Assembly: GCA_009692535.1 (NCBI GenBank)
Contig: SHYZ01000002.1
Coordinates: 8,444-72,443, forward strand
Origin: Myxococcales bacterium
GTDB lineage: Bacteria > Myxococcota_A > Polyangia > Haliangiales > SHYZ01
Length of the DNA: 64,000 bases
Direction of reading: 5' to 3'
In this document: piece after piece, positions 38,104-46,853 of the stretch
Position numbering within the stretch: position 1 is the first letter of the stretch
Layout of the letters: each line of letters opens with the position of its first letter
Translations under genes and position numbers: made by a program
Notes under the pieces: model-generated
Databases searched by the model: none
Told to the model about the DNA's origin: nothing
What the model saw: the letters and a program-made list of their open reading frames with translations, nothing else

Positions 38104-39225
38104 ATCGCCGGTGCCGGGTCGCGGTGAAACGGGAGAGGACTCGGCCAGCAGCAGGTCGATGGCGCGGTCGATGGCATGGTCGGTGGCGAGGGCGGCCGTG
38201 CCGTCGGGTTGAGTTGGTTCTCTCGGTTCGGTCGGTCCTGGCAGTCCGAGCCATTTTCCGCGGATGACGCCCTGCGCGTCGATCAGGTAGAGCGTCGGCA
38301 GGCCGGCCACGTCCCATTGGCGGAACAGCGCTCCTTCGGATGGGTCGCCATCGAGGAGGCTCGGCCACGCCATCGGGCGAGCCGTGAAGAGGGCGTCGAG
38401 CGCCGCGCCGGGCGGATCGCAATTCACGCCGAGGCGGGCAAACGGCCGTTCAGCAAGACGCGCCGCCTGCGCGCGTGCGGCTGGCAGCGCCGACAGCCAC
38501 TCCTCGCACCAGAACGCGAAGAACTCGACCAGCACCACCTTGCCGCGGAAGTCGGCGAGCGCGAGCGGGGTGCCCGTGCGATCGCGTCCCGCGAGCGGCG
38601 GCGCGACGCAACCGATGCGCAGATGTCGCAGCGCGAATTGGGCCGCGCGAGCGGGCTCGTCCCAGTGGGCGCCGAGCTGACTTTGCAGCGCGCCGAACTC
38701 CTTGGCGAATGCATCGAGCCGGTCGATCAGCGCGACGACCACGGCTTCGTCGAGGGGCGCGGACCAGTCGAGCTGGCGCTCGCGATCGAGGATGCGCCAG
38801 CGGTAGGCGGCCTTGAGCGGCTGCGAATGCGTTGCGGCGTCGATGCGCACGAGCAGCGCGTCGGCTTTCGCGGCCAGCCAAGGCGGCGCCTGCATGTAGA
38901 GCAGTGGCGCCGCGAGTCGCTCGTCGTCGGCGAAACGGGTGGCCAGCGGCTCAATCGCGGTTTCCCACAACGCGATCGTCGCCGGCGCCTCGACCGACCC
39001 CGCGAGGTCCGCCGCGAACAGCAGCGCGTCGAGCTCGCCGGGCTGGCCACGTTGCGTCCGCGCGAGTTCGAGCGCCGCGCGGCTTGCTTCCGCGACTTCC
39101 ACCGCGTCGAGCCACCGCCCTTTCTGCTGCGCCGCCGCGATCCGTGCGTCGACCTGCTGCTTCAGCGCTTCGAATGCATCGCCCGGCGCACCCTGCAGCA
39201 GCACCGCCACCACCCAACTTCGCAT
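38095..39225 (-). CDS. TlpA-like thioredoxin-fold protein with degenerate C-E-E-W motif and N-terminal helical domain
   Basis: ATG 39225 follows GAAGGAG. Motifs FRGKVVLVEFFAFWCEEW and GLPTLYLIDAQGVIRGKWLG (cis-Pro region). Same architecture as the upstream gene. Confidence 0.7.
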   Translation of the reverse strand: MRSWVVAVLLQGAPGDAFEALKQQVDARIAAAQQKGRWLDAVEVAEASRAALELARTQRGQPGELDALLFAADLAGSVEAPATIALWETAIEPLATRFADDERLAAPLLYMQAPPWLAAKADALLVRIDAATHSQPLKAAYRWRILDRERQLDWSAPLDEAVVVALIDRLDAFAKEFGALQSQLGAHWDEPARAAQFALRHLRIGCVAPPLAGRDRTGTPLALADFRGKVVLVEFFAFWCEEWLSALPAARAQAARLAERPFARLGVNCDPPGAALDALFTARPMAWPSLLDGDPSEGALFRQWDVAGLPTLYLIDAQGVIRGKWLGLPGPTEPREPTQPDGTAALATDHAIDRAIDLLLAESSPVSPRPGTGDQR

Positions 39226-39318
39226 CGCCGCGCTCCTTCGGGTCCGCCGCAGAACGAAACCGGGCCGGCGCGTTTTGCACACCGGCCCGGAGGATTGCCG
39301 ATCAGCGCGGGCGCTTGG

Positions 39319-40482
39319 CTACTCCGCGCCCGCCTTGCCCTTCAGCTTGGCACCCGCGGGATTCTTCGCCTCGGCGACGAGCGTCTCGATCTCGCGATCG
39401 AGCGCCTCGTCACCCGGGCTGCCCAACCACTTCTGCCGGATCTTGCCGGTGTGGTCGACCAGGTAGAGCGTCGGCCAACCGCGCACGTTCCAGGCACGCG
39501 AAATGGGTCCTTGCGTGCCCTCCTCGCCGTTCCAGAAGCTGCGCCAGGTGATCTGCTCTTCCTTGAACTTCGGCTTCATCGCCGTGAGATCGGAATCGCT
39601 GTTCACACCGATCAGCGCGAATGGCTCATCCTTCAGCTTGTTCACGAGCGACCGCTCGTGCGGGAACATGGCCCGGCAAGGGCCTCACCAGTACCCCCAG
39701 AAGTCGATCAGCACCACCTTGCCGCGGTAGTCGGAGAGCTTGAACTTCACGCCGTCCAAGTCGGGCGCCTCGATCTCCGGCGCCATCCCGCCGACCTTCA
39801 AGTTGACCAGCGCGTAGCTGGTGTTTTTGGTCCACTCGGCGTAGGTCCCGCCCTGCACGCTGTCGACCATGCCGAACTGCTGGCCGAACGTGGCGAGGTC
39901 GGCGAGGAGCTTTGTCTCCAGCTCCGGCGTGAGCGGCGTGTCGCCCGCAGCATCGGCGCGTTGCGACAGCGACAGGTACGCGGCCGCCGCCTTCACCGCG
40001 ACGTTGTTCGAACGGATGAGCTTCGTCGCGTATCCCGCCGCCTCGGCCTTCGCCTTGGCCGGCGAGGGGAAATTCATCACGAAGGTCGCCATGCGATCGT
40101 CGTCGATGAAGTCGGTGAACAGCTTCGAGGCGCAATCGCGCCACGCTTGCAGCGACTTCTCGCTGGTCGGTTTCACGTACGGGTCCGACGTCAGCGCGAG
40201 GATCTGGCTCAGCGCGTCGAACTCGGCCGGCTCGCCGGCGCTCACGTCGTAGATCTTCTGGCAGCGATCGATGAAAACCTGCAGCTCGGACTCGCTCATC
40301 GACGGTGCCTGCACGCCCGCGGGCAGGTCTTTCTTCGCCTTCGCCGAATTGCTGCGCAGCGTCGCGAAATAGTCGCTCTTCACTGCACTGACCGAATCGT
40401 CGTTGACCGAGTCGTCCTCCCGCGCCTGCAGCGGTGGGCTCGCCGCGACGGCAAGCCAAGCCAGGAACAGCCAGTGTTTCAT
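39319..40482 (-). CDS. TlpA/ResA-like thiol:disulfide oxidoreductase, candidate selenoprotein (U-G-P-C; UGA at 39685-39687)
   Basis: ATG 40482 follows AAAGGAG. Signal peptide MKHWLFLAWLAVAASPPLQA. The frame continues through the TGA: YRGKVVLIDFWGYW-U-GPCRAMFP...IGVNSD...GWPTLYLVDHTGKIRQKWLG. The two track ORFs are in the same frame. Confidence 0.6.
39643..39684 (-). promoter_or_regulatory. Candidate bacterial SECIS: two hairpins immediately 3' of the UGA
   Basis: mRNA reads GGCCC-UUGCC-GGGCC (39684-39670), then CACGAGC-GGUC-GCUCGUG (39660-39643). The apical loop GU lies about 36-37 nt from the U of UGA. Confidence 0.45.
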
Positions 40483-40569
40483 CCGTGCTCCTTTCTTCGA
40501 TGGGGTCGGGCGGGGAAGCCTACGGTTCCGCTCACCAGAGGACGAGTCGTCGCGGGTTACGCTCCGGCG

Positions 40570-41526
40570 ATGGCTCGCTCGATCCCGATCCTCCCGCTGT
40601 CGAAACGGCGTGCCCACGTCAGCGGATTCGGCGCCGAGCTGCGTACGGCGTGGCGCGATTTCGGTTTCGTCGGGATTGTCGAGCACGGGATCACGGAGGA
40701 CGTCGTCCGTGCGGCGCTCGCGGGCGCGCGCGCGTTCTTCGCGCTGCCGGACGCGATCAAGCGGCGCTACGAGGTGGTCGGCGGCGCCGGTCAACGCGGC
40801 TACACGCGGCTTTGCGTCGAGAAGGCAAGAGACCAGGCGCTGCCCGATCTGAAGGAGTTCTGGCACGTTGGGCGTGAGGTGGGGCGCGACGATCCGCTTG
40901 CCGCGATCCTGCTGCCGAACCTCTGGCCCGACGAGGTGGCCGGTTTTCGCAAGTCGCAGCTCGCGCTCTTCGCCGCGCTCGAGCGCCTTGGCGGCGAGCT
41001 TCTTGAGGCGCTCGCGCCGACGTTGGGGCTGCCGGCCGGCTGGTTTGCCGCACGGATCGCCCGCGGCAACTCGATCCTGCGCGCGATCCACTACCCGCCG
41101 CTGCCGCGCACGGCAGCCCATGTCGCCGCGCCGACCCAGGTTCGCGCCGCCGCGCACGAGGACATCAACCTGATCACGCTGCTGGTCGGCAGCGACGAGC
41201 CGGGCCTCGAACTCCAGACACGTGCCGGCGAATGGCTGCCGATCACCACGCTGCCCGGCACCGTCGTCGTCAACGTCGGCGACATGCTGCAACGGCTCAC
41301 CAACGGCGTGCTGCCATCGACAACCCATCGCGTCGTCAACCCGTCGCCGCCGTGGGACACGCGTTCGCGCCACTCGATCCCGTTCTTCCTCCACTTCGAG
41401 CCGGAGGTCCTGATCGAGACGCTGCCGAGTTGCATCAGCGCCGACCGGCCGAACCAGTGGCCCACGCCGATCCGCGCGCACGACTACCTCGAGCAGCGGC
41501 TGCGGGAGATCGGGCTGCTGGCATGA
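40570..41526 (+). CDS. 2-oxoglutarate/Fe(II)-dependent oxygenase (isopenicillin N synthase-like family)
   Basis: Start at ATG 40570 (MARSIPILPL). Motifs ILRAIHYPP, AAHEDINLITLL (H-x-D), LPSTTHRV (distal His) and RHSIPFF (Arg-x-Ser). The upstream part of the 1116-aa track ORF is antisense junk. Confidence 0.8.
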   Translation: MARSIPILPLSKRRAHVSGFGAELRTAWRDFGFVGIVEHGITEDVVRAALAGARAFFALPDAIKRRYEVVGGAGQRGYTRLCVEKARDQALPDLKEFWHVGREVGRDDPLAAILLPNLWPDEVAGFRKSQLALFAALERLGGELLEALAPTLGLPAGWFAARIARGNSILRAIHYPPLPRTAAHVAAPTQVRAAAHEDINLITLLVGSDEPGLELQTRAGEWLPITTLPGTVVVNVGDMLQRLTNGVLPSTTHRVVNPSPPWDTRSRHSIPFFLHFEPEVLIETLPSCISADRPNQWPTPIRAHDYLEQRLREIGLLA

Positions 41527-41568
41527 CGACGGGCGTCGGGCGGCGCGCGTCGGGCGACGCATCAGCTC

Positions 41569-43371
41569 TCAGGGTTCCTCTCGTCGCAGTCCCTTGACGA
41601 CGAACGCGCCTGCGACCACCGCGATGACTGCCGCGGCGATCGCGGTGGCCGTCTCCCCGAACAAGGCGTGGCCGCAGGCGAAGAGCAGCCCGTAGGTTGC
41701 CGCAGTCGACGCGAACCAGAGCGTGAGATCGCGGCGCAGCGATGCGGTCGGCGTGCCGGCGGCCGCCGCGACCGGTCCCCATGCGCCGCCCGGTCGCACG
41801 CGCCGGAAGAAGCGCACGAGTTGCTCGGTGCTGCAGGGTTTCGTTGCCAGCGTCGTCGCGATCCACGCGACCGACGTGATCGCGACCACGACCAGCATGC
41901 GTCGCCAGCCGGAGCCGACCGCGTCGGCGATCGCGTCGATCTGCAGCAGCGAGGAGGTGCCGATCGATGCGGCCAGCGCGGCGATCTCGCTCCACGCATT
42001 GACGCGCCACCAGAGCCACCGCGCGAGCAGCACGAGTCCGGTGCCGGCGGTGAACTCCCACACTAGGCTCCAGCCGGCGCCGGCATGGTCGAGCGAACAG
42101 GTCACCGCGATGCCGGCGATGGCGACGATCGCCACGGCGATGCGCGCGATCGCGACCGAGCCGGGGATGTCGCCAGTGGCAGCGCCGCCGGCTTGCGCTT
42201 GGCGGCGTGCCTGCAGCGGCAGCCAGAAGTCGTTCACGAGGTAGCTCGCCGACAGGTTGAGCAGCGAGGTGATCGTGCTCATGTAGGCGGCGAAGAACGA
42301 GGCGATGACGAGGCCGAGCAGGCCGCTCGGCAACAAGCGGAACATCCACGGATAGGCCGATTCAGCGTCGAACTCGGAGCCGGATGCGCCGACCGTTGCG
42401 CCGATCCCGGCGAAGCGCGGCTCGAGGACCAACGCCGCGAGGCCGGTCACGATCCACGGCCACGGCCGCACCGCGTAGTGGAAGACGACGTACCAGAGCG
42501 TGCCGCCACGCGCGTGACTTTCGTCCTTGGCCGCGAACATCCGCTGTGCGACGTAGCCGCCGCCGCCCGGCTCGGAACCAGGGTAGTAGACCGCCCACCA
42601 CTGCACCGCCAGCGGCACGACGAGCAGCGCCACGATCGCGTCGCCGCCGGTCGGCAGCAGGGAAAGGAAGTCGCGGCCGCTGGTCGCCTCGATCGCGCGC
42701 ACGCGTTCGAGCATGGTCGCGAGGCCGCCGCATTCCGCGACGCCGAGCCATGCGACGACGACGGCGCCGACCATCGCCACCACGAATTGCAGCACGTCGG
42801 TCGCGACGACTCCCCACAGACCCGAGAGCGCGGTGTAGATCAACGTGATGCCGACCAGCAGTCCCATCGTGAACGTCTCGCTGGCGAGCAGACCGTGGTC
42901 CGGCAGCACGACGCGCAGCACTTTCACCATCGCCTTCGTGACCCAACCGAAGACGAGCGCGTTCAGCAACAGCCCGAGGTAGAGCGCCTTGAAGCCGCGC
43001 AGCAACGGCGCGGCGCGGCCGTCGTAGCGCAGCGCGATCAGCTCGACCTCGGTGGTGAGCTCGGCGCGCCGCCACCAGCGCGAGAAGACGAACACGGTGA
43101 GCGTGCCGCCGACCAGGAAGTTCCACCAGGTCCAGTTCTGCGCGGTGCCCGCGGTGAGCACGAAGCCGGTCACGATCAGCGGCGTGTCGGAGGCGAAGCT
43201 TGTCGCGATCATCGAGGTCCCGAGCGCCCACCACGGCAGATCGCGCCCCGACACGAAGTAGTCGGCCAGGCTCTTCCCCGATCGCCGCGTGAACCAGACC
43301 CCGACCCCGAGCGACACGACCAGGAACACCACCACCACCCACCAATCGAGCGCCTGCATGTCGAGCCGCAT
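41569..43371 (-). CDS. Sodium:solute symporter family (SSF) transporter
   Basis: ATG 43371 follows GGAGA. Motif SGKSLADYFVSGRDLPWWALGTSMIATSFASDTPL. About 13 hydrophobic segments. Confidence 0.8.
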   Translation of the reverse strand: MRLDMQALDWWVVVVFLVVSLGVGVWFTRRSGKSLADYFVSGRDLPWWALGTSMIATSFASDTPLIVTGFVLTAGTAQNWTWWNFLVGGTLTVFVFSRWWRRAELTTEVELIALRYDGRAAPLLRGFKALYLGLLLNALVFGWVTKAMVKVLRVVLPDHGLLASETFTMGLLVGITLIYTALSGLWGVVATDVLQFVVAMVGAVVVAWLGVAECGGLATMLERVRAIEATSGRDFLSLLPTGGDAIVALLVVPLAVQWWAVYYPGSEPGGGGYVAQRMFAAKDESHARGGTLWYVVFHYAVRPWPWIVTGLAALVLEPRFAGIGATVGASGSEFDAESAYPWMFRLLPSGLLGLVIASFFAAYMSTITSLLNLSASYLVNDFWLPLQARRQAQAGGAATGDIPGSVAIARIAVAIVAIAGIAVTCSLDHAGAGWSLVWEFTAGTGLVLLARWLWWRVNAWSEIAALAASIGTSSLLQIDAIADAVGSGWRRMLVVVAITSVAWIATTLATKPCSTEQLVRFFRRVRPGGAWGPVAAAAGTPTASLRRDLTLWFASTAATYGLLFACGHALFGETATAIAAAVIAVVAGAFVVKGLRREEP

Positions 43372-43534
43372 GTCTTCTCCGATCCGGGAACAGCGCCGCC
43401 GCTCTTTGTAGCGCCGCCGCACGCTTCACCGCACACGCGCACGGCGAGGCGTCTCGCAACTCGGTCAGTGCCGCGATCGCGGTGTGCGGTGACTCGTTCG
43501 GTAGCGCTCGTAATCCGGCGGCGTTGTTCCCGGA

Positions 43535-44191
43535 TCAGGAATGGCGATCGAGTAGGCGGGACCACTCGGCGAGTGGCGCAAGATGGGGGTGCGGTGGCTC
43601 GGTGCGGTGAGGGCAGTTGCCGTCGCGGAGGGCTCGACGGAGCTCCTCGAGCGTCCGGCCGCAGATTGCGGTGAGCTGCGCCTGATGTTGTTGGATCGAG
43701 GTGTCGGCGTCGCGCAGGAACTGGCGCAGATCGCCGTCGCGCCGGAAGAAGCAGGGCTGGATGTCGACCTGCTCGTCGAACCACGCTTCGACCTCGTTCG
43801 GCGTGCCGGGATGCCATGCGCAGCTCGCGAGGCAGCATGCCAGCTCCTCGAAGAGCAGCCGCCGTCCCTGCTCGCTCATGACATCGAACGGGATCTTCGC
43901 GTAATCGGTCGCGTGGTCCTTCGCCAGCCGGCCGAGCAGCACCACGTGCGCGAGCTCATGGAACAAGTTCGGCGAGCCCTGCACTTCGATCACGAAAGGC
44001 AGCGCCGCCGCGTTGCCGCCGCCGGCAACCGCTTCGCCCGCCGCGCGCGGCCGCACGCAGTTGTCGGCGTCCGCGAAGACGCGCACCTCGCCGCCGCGCT
44101 GCGCCAACGCGACGACGGCGGCGGCATGCGCGACAGCGTGCGGCGCGCTGCAGCCGGCGACGCGCCCCTGCTCCGGATCTTCAGCGCTCAC
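43535..44191 (-). CDS. Hypothetical protein with HExxH zinc-metallopeptidase-like motif
   Basis: Contains NLFHELAHVVLLG. No other recognisable domain. The start overlaps the end of the amidohydrolase gene by 11 nt. Confidence 0.45.
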   Translation of the reverse strand: MSAEDPEQGRVAGCSAPHAVAHAAAVVALAQRGGEVRVFADADNCVRPRAAGEAVAGGGNAAALPFVIEVQGSPNLFHELAHVVLLGRLAKDHATDYAKIPFDVMSEQGRRLLFEELACCLASCAWHPGTPNEVEAWFDEQVDIQPCFFRRDGDLRQFLRDADTSIQQHQAQLTAICGRTLEELRRALRDGNCPHRTEPPHPHLAPLAEWSRLLDRHS

Positions 44192-45503
44192 CGGCGCCCC
44201 TCACCACCTCGCCACCCTTCATCACCCATGCGATCCGCTCGAGCGCAGTGATGTCGGCGAGCGGATCGCCGCTGGTCGCAACCAGATCGGCAAAGCGGCC
44301 GGGCGCGACGCGGCCGACGCGATCGCTCCAGCCGAGCAGATCGGCGGCGCGGCTGGTCGCGTTCTGGATCGCCTCCATCGGCGTCAGTCCCGAGTCGACC
44401 AGCAGCTTGAACTCGCGCGCGTTCAAGCCGTGCGGGAAGACGCCAGCGTCGGTGCCGAAGGCCAACTTCACACCGGCGGCACGCGCACGACGGACCGCGT
44501 CGCGAGCTTGGGTCGCGACCTCGTTCGCCTTCGCCCGTTGCTTCGCGGGGATCGCATTACCCGCACTCGCCAGGATCCACGCACCGACGTAGAGCGTCGG
44601 GACGAGGGTCGTGCCGCGCAGCTTGGCCAGCGCGATGCCCTCATCGTCGAGCAGGCTCGCGTGCTCGATCGAGTCGACGCCGGCCTCGATCGCGCGGCGG
44701 ATCCCATCGGCGCCGTGCGCGTGCGCCGCGACCTTGCGGCCCCACATGTGCGCCTCGTCGACGGCCGCCTTCATCTCTGCGAGCGTGTATTGCGGCGCGC
44801 CGACCGAGTCCTCGTTCGACAGCACGCCCGCGGTCGCGGCCAGCTTGATCAGGTCGGCGCCCTGCTTGATCTCGGTGCGGATCAGCTTGCGGATCGCGTC
44901 TTCGCCGTCGGCGATGCCGCTGAAGCCGCGGAACTCGAGGAACGGCGAAAGGTGGCTTTCGTCGAAGTGGCCGCCGGTCGCACCGACGCCGAGCGTGGCG
45001 ACGAGCATGCGCGGCCCGGCCACGGCGCCGCGATCAATCGCGTCACGCAGCGCGACGTCGACGTAGCCGCCGGCGCCGACGTCACGGACCGTCGTGAACC
45101 CGGCATCGAGCGTCGCCTTGGCGTGGCGATGAGCGACGATCGCGGAGTCGATGATCGAGCGGGTCGCGAGCGACTCGTACTCGCCGCCGAACTGACCGAG
45201 CTCCATCGTGAGGTGGGTGTGGCAGTCGATCAGGCCCGGCAGCAGCGTCGCGCCTTCGAGATCGAGGATCGTGGCGGCGGGCGGGGGTGTGAGGTCGCTG
45301 CCGACCGCGATGATGCGATCGCCTTCGATGAGGACCGTCGCCGGTTCGAGTGGCGTCGCGCCGGTGCCGTCGATCAAGCGTGCCGCGCGGATCAGCACCT
45401 GGTGGGGGGGCGATGCGACTTGCGCGCTGCCTGGCACGATCGCCGCAGCGAGGCTGATCAACGATGCGCTGACGATTGCAAGCAAGGCGAGGCGATGACT
45501 CAC
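44181..45503 (-). CDS. Amidohydrolase family metal-dependent hydrolase (secreted)
   Basis: Motifs LLPGLIDCHTHL, KVAAHAHGADGI, GVDSIEHASLL and LAFGTDAGV. GTG 45503 gives the leader SHRLALLAIVSASLISLAAAIVPGSAQ. The longest ORF begins at GTG 45560. Confidence 0.8.
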   Translation of the reverse strand: MSHRLALLAIVSASLISLAAAIVPGSAQVASPPHQVLIRAARLIDGTGATPLEPATVLIEGDRIIAVGSDLTPPPAATILDLEGATLLPGLIDCHTHLTMELGQFGGEYESLATRSIIDSAIVAHRHAKATLDAGFTTVRDVGAGGYVDVALRDAIDRGAVAGPRMLVATLGVGATGGHFDESHLSPFLEFRGFSGIADGEDAIRKLIRTEIKQGADLIKLAATAGVLSNEDSVGAPQYTLAEMKAAVDEAHMWGRKVAAHAHGADGIRRAIEAGVDSIEHASLLDDEGIALAKLRGTTLVPTLYVGAWILASAGNAIPAKQRAKANEVATQARDAVRRARAAGVKLAFGTDAGVFPHGLNAREFKLLVDSGLTPMEAIQNATSRAADLLGWSDRVGRVAPGRFADLVATSGDPLADITALERIAWVMKGGEVVRGAGER

Positions 45504-45608
45504 GAGCGGGCACTCCGCGGCGACGATCGGTTGGCTTGCGATCGTACGGAGCGAGGTCACCGGAAGAGCGGTCGAGTTTCGCCGATGGCGAGCGACCGCT
45601 CCGGCCGA

Positions 45609-46739
45609 TCAGTTCGCTGGCTGCTGCTGCGTGACGCAGTGGACCATGCCGCCGAAGCGGTAGAGGTTGCGGCAGTCGATGCCGACGACAACGCGCTCCT
45701 CGAACAGATCTTGCAGCAGCGCGAGCGCGACCGCGTCGTTCGCGTCGGCGTAGGTCGGCACCAGGACGACCGTGTTGCCGACGTAGAAATTCACGTACGA
45801 ACCCTTGTAGCCGAGGTTGAGGCCCCAGGTGGTCACGACGTTCTGGTTGGTCAGCGGGAGCTCGAGTCGCCGATATTCGTGCCCGTCGACATCGTCTGCG
45901 GCGGCGAGCGTCGCGACGTCGGCCTCCGACAGCCCCCAATACCCGAGGTCGGCGGCACTCATGGTGACCAGCGTGCGCGGGTCAGCGAAGCGGGCGAAAC
46001 CGTCGACGTGCATGTCGGTGATGTCGGCTTTCCCGCCAGGCGCGCCATCGAGCCAGATCACCTTCGTCGCACCGATGTTGCGAGCGAGGCGTTGCTCGAG
46101 CTCCTCCTCCGAAAGGCCAGGGTTTCGCTTCGCATCGAGGATCGAGCTGCGCGTGGCGATCAGCGTGCCCCGTCCGTCGATCTCGATCGCGCCGCCCTCG
46201 AGGACCGTCTTCGCGCGATCGAGCCGCTCGATTCCAAGGGCGTCCGCGATCGCGGCAGGCACCGAGTCGTCGAGCGCGGACGGCGCGTCGTCGCCCCAAC
46301 CGTCGAAGCCCCAGTCGAGGATCTTCAGCGCATTGCCCTCGCCCTCGGCGTTGTCGCGCACGAAGAGCGGTCCATTGTCGCGGACCCAGCAGTCGTTGGT
46401 GCGTCGCAGCAGGAAGTCGACGGCGTCGAGCTCGATGCCGTTTGAGGTCAGCAGTCCAACGATCCGCGCCTGCGCCGCGGCATCCCAGGCGACGATGTGG
46501 ACCCGCTCGCTGTTGACCAGTTCGCGCGTCATCTCGATCCAGGTCGACTCGATCCGATCGCGGTAGGTGCGGCCGTAGGTGTGCTGGTGGGGCCACTGCA
46601 GCCACGTGCCTTCGTGCGGCGCGGACTCGTCCGGCATCTGCCACGCTGAACCGCGAAACGACACAGGCAGGAGCAGAGCGGCGGCGAGGCAGGCGGAGAT
46701 GCGTATGGTGGGCTCTCGGTACGTTGCAGGACGTGTCAT
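45609..46739 (-). CDS. Agmatine deiminase / peptidyl-arginine deiminase (PAD_porph) family protein
   Basis: Motifs EGTWLQWPH, CWVRDNGPLFV, DWGFDGWG and DMHVDGFARF. C-terminal GGMVHCVTQQQP carries the catalytic Cys. ATG 46739 is followed by a signal-like segment. Confidence 0.8.
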   Translation of the reverse strand: MTRPATYREPTIRISACLAAALLLPVSFRGSAWQMPDESAPHEGTWLQWPHQHTYGRTYRDRIESTWIEMTRELVNSERVHIVAWDAAAQARIVGLLTSNGIELDAVDFLLRRTNDCWVRDNGPLFVRDNAEGEGNALKILDWGFDGWGDDAPSALDDSVPAAIADALGIERLDRAKTVLEGGAIEIDGRGTLIATRSSILDAKRNPGLSEEELEQRLARNIGATKVIWLDGAPGGKADITDMHVDGFARFADPRTLVTMSAADLGYWGLSEADVATLAAADDVDGHEYRRLELPLTNQNVVTTWGLNLGYKGSYVNFYVGNTVVLVPTYADANDAVALALLQDLFEERVVVGIDCRNLYRFGGMVHCVTQQQPAN

Positions 46740-46853
46740 GGAATAGCCGTTCGGCGTAATCCTGCTGGCGCAGTCGATTCGTGCAGTTGGCGATTCGGGC
46801 CCAATACGGAACCGGCCGTCCCGCCGCATCGCCGAGCCGCCGCGAGCGGTGCG

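Noticed and set aside
38176-40569. First ~800 aa of the 1116-aa plus-strand ORF
   Set aside because: This part is antisense to the two TlpA-like genes and has junk composition. Only the last 318 codons, from ATG 40570, encode a recognisable 2OG-Fe(II) oxygenase.
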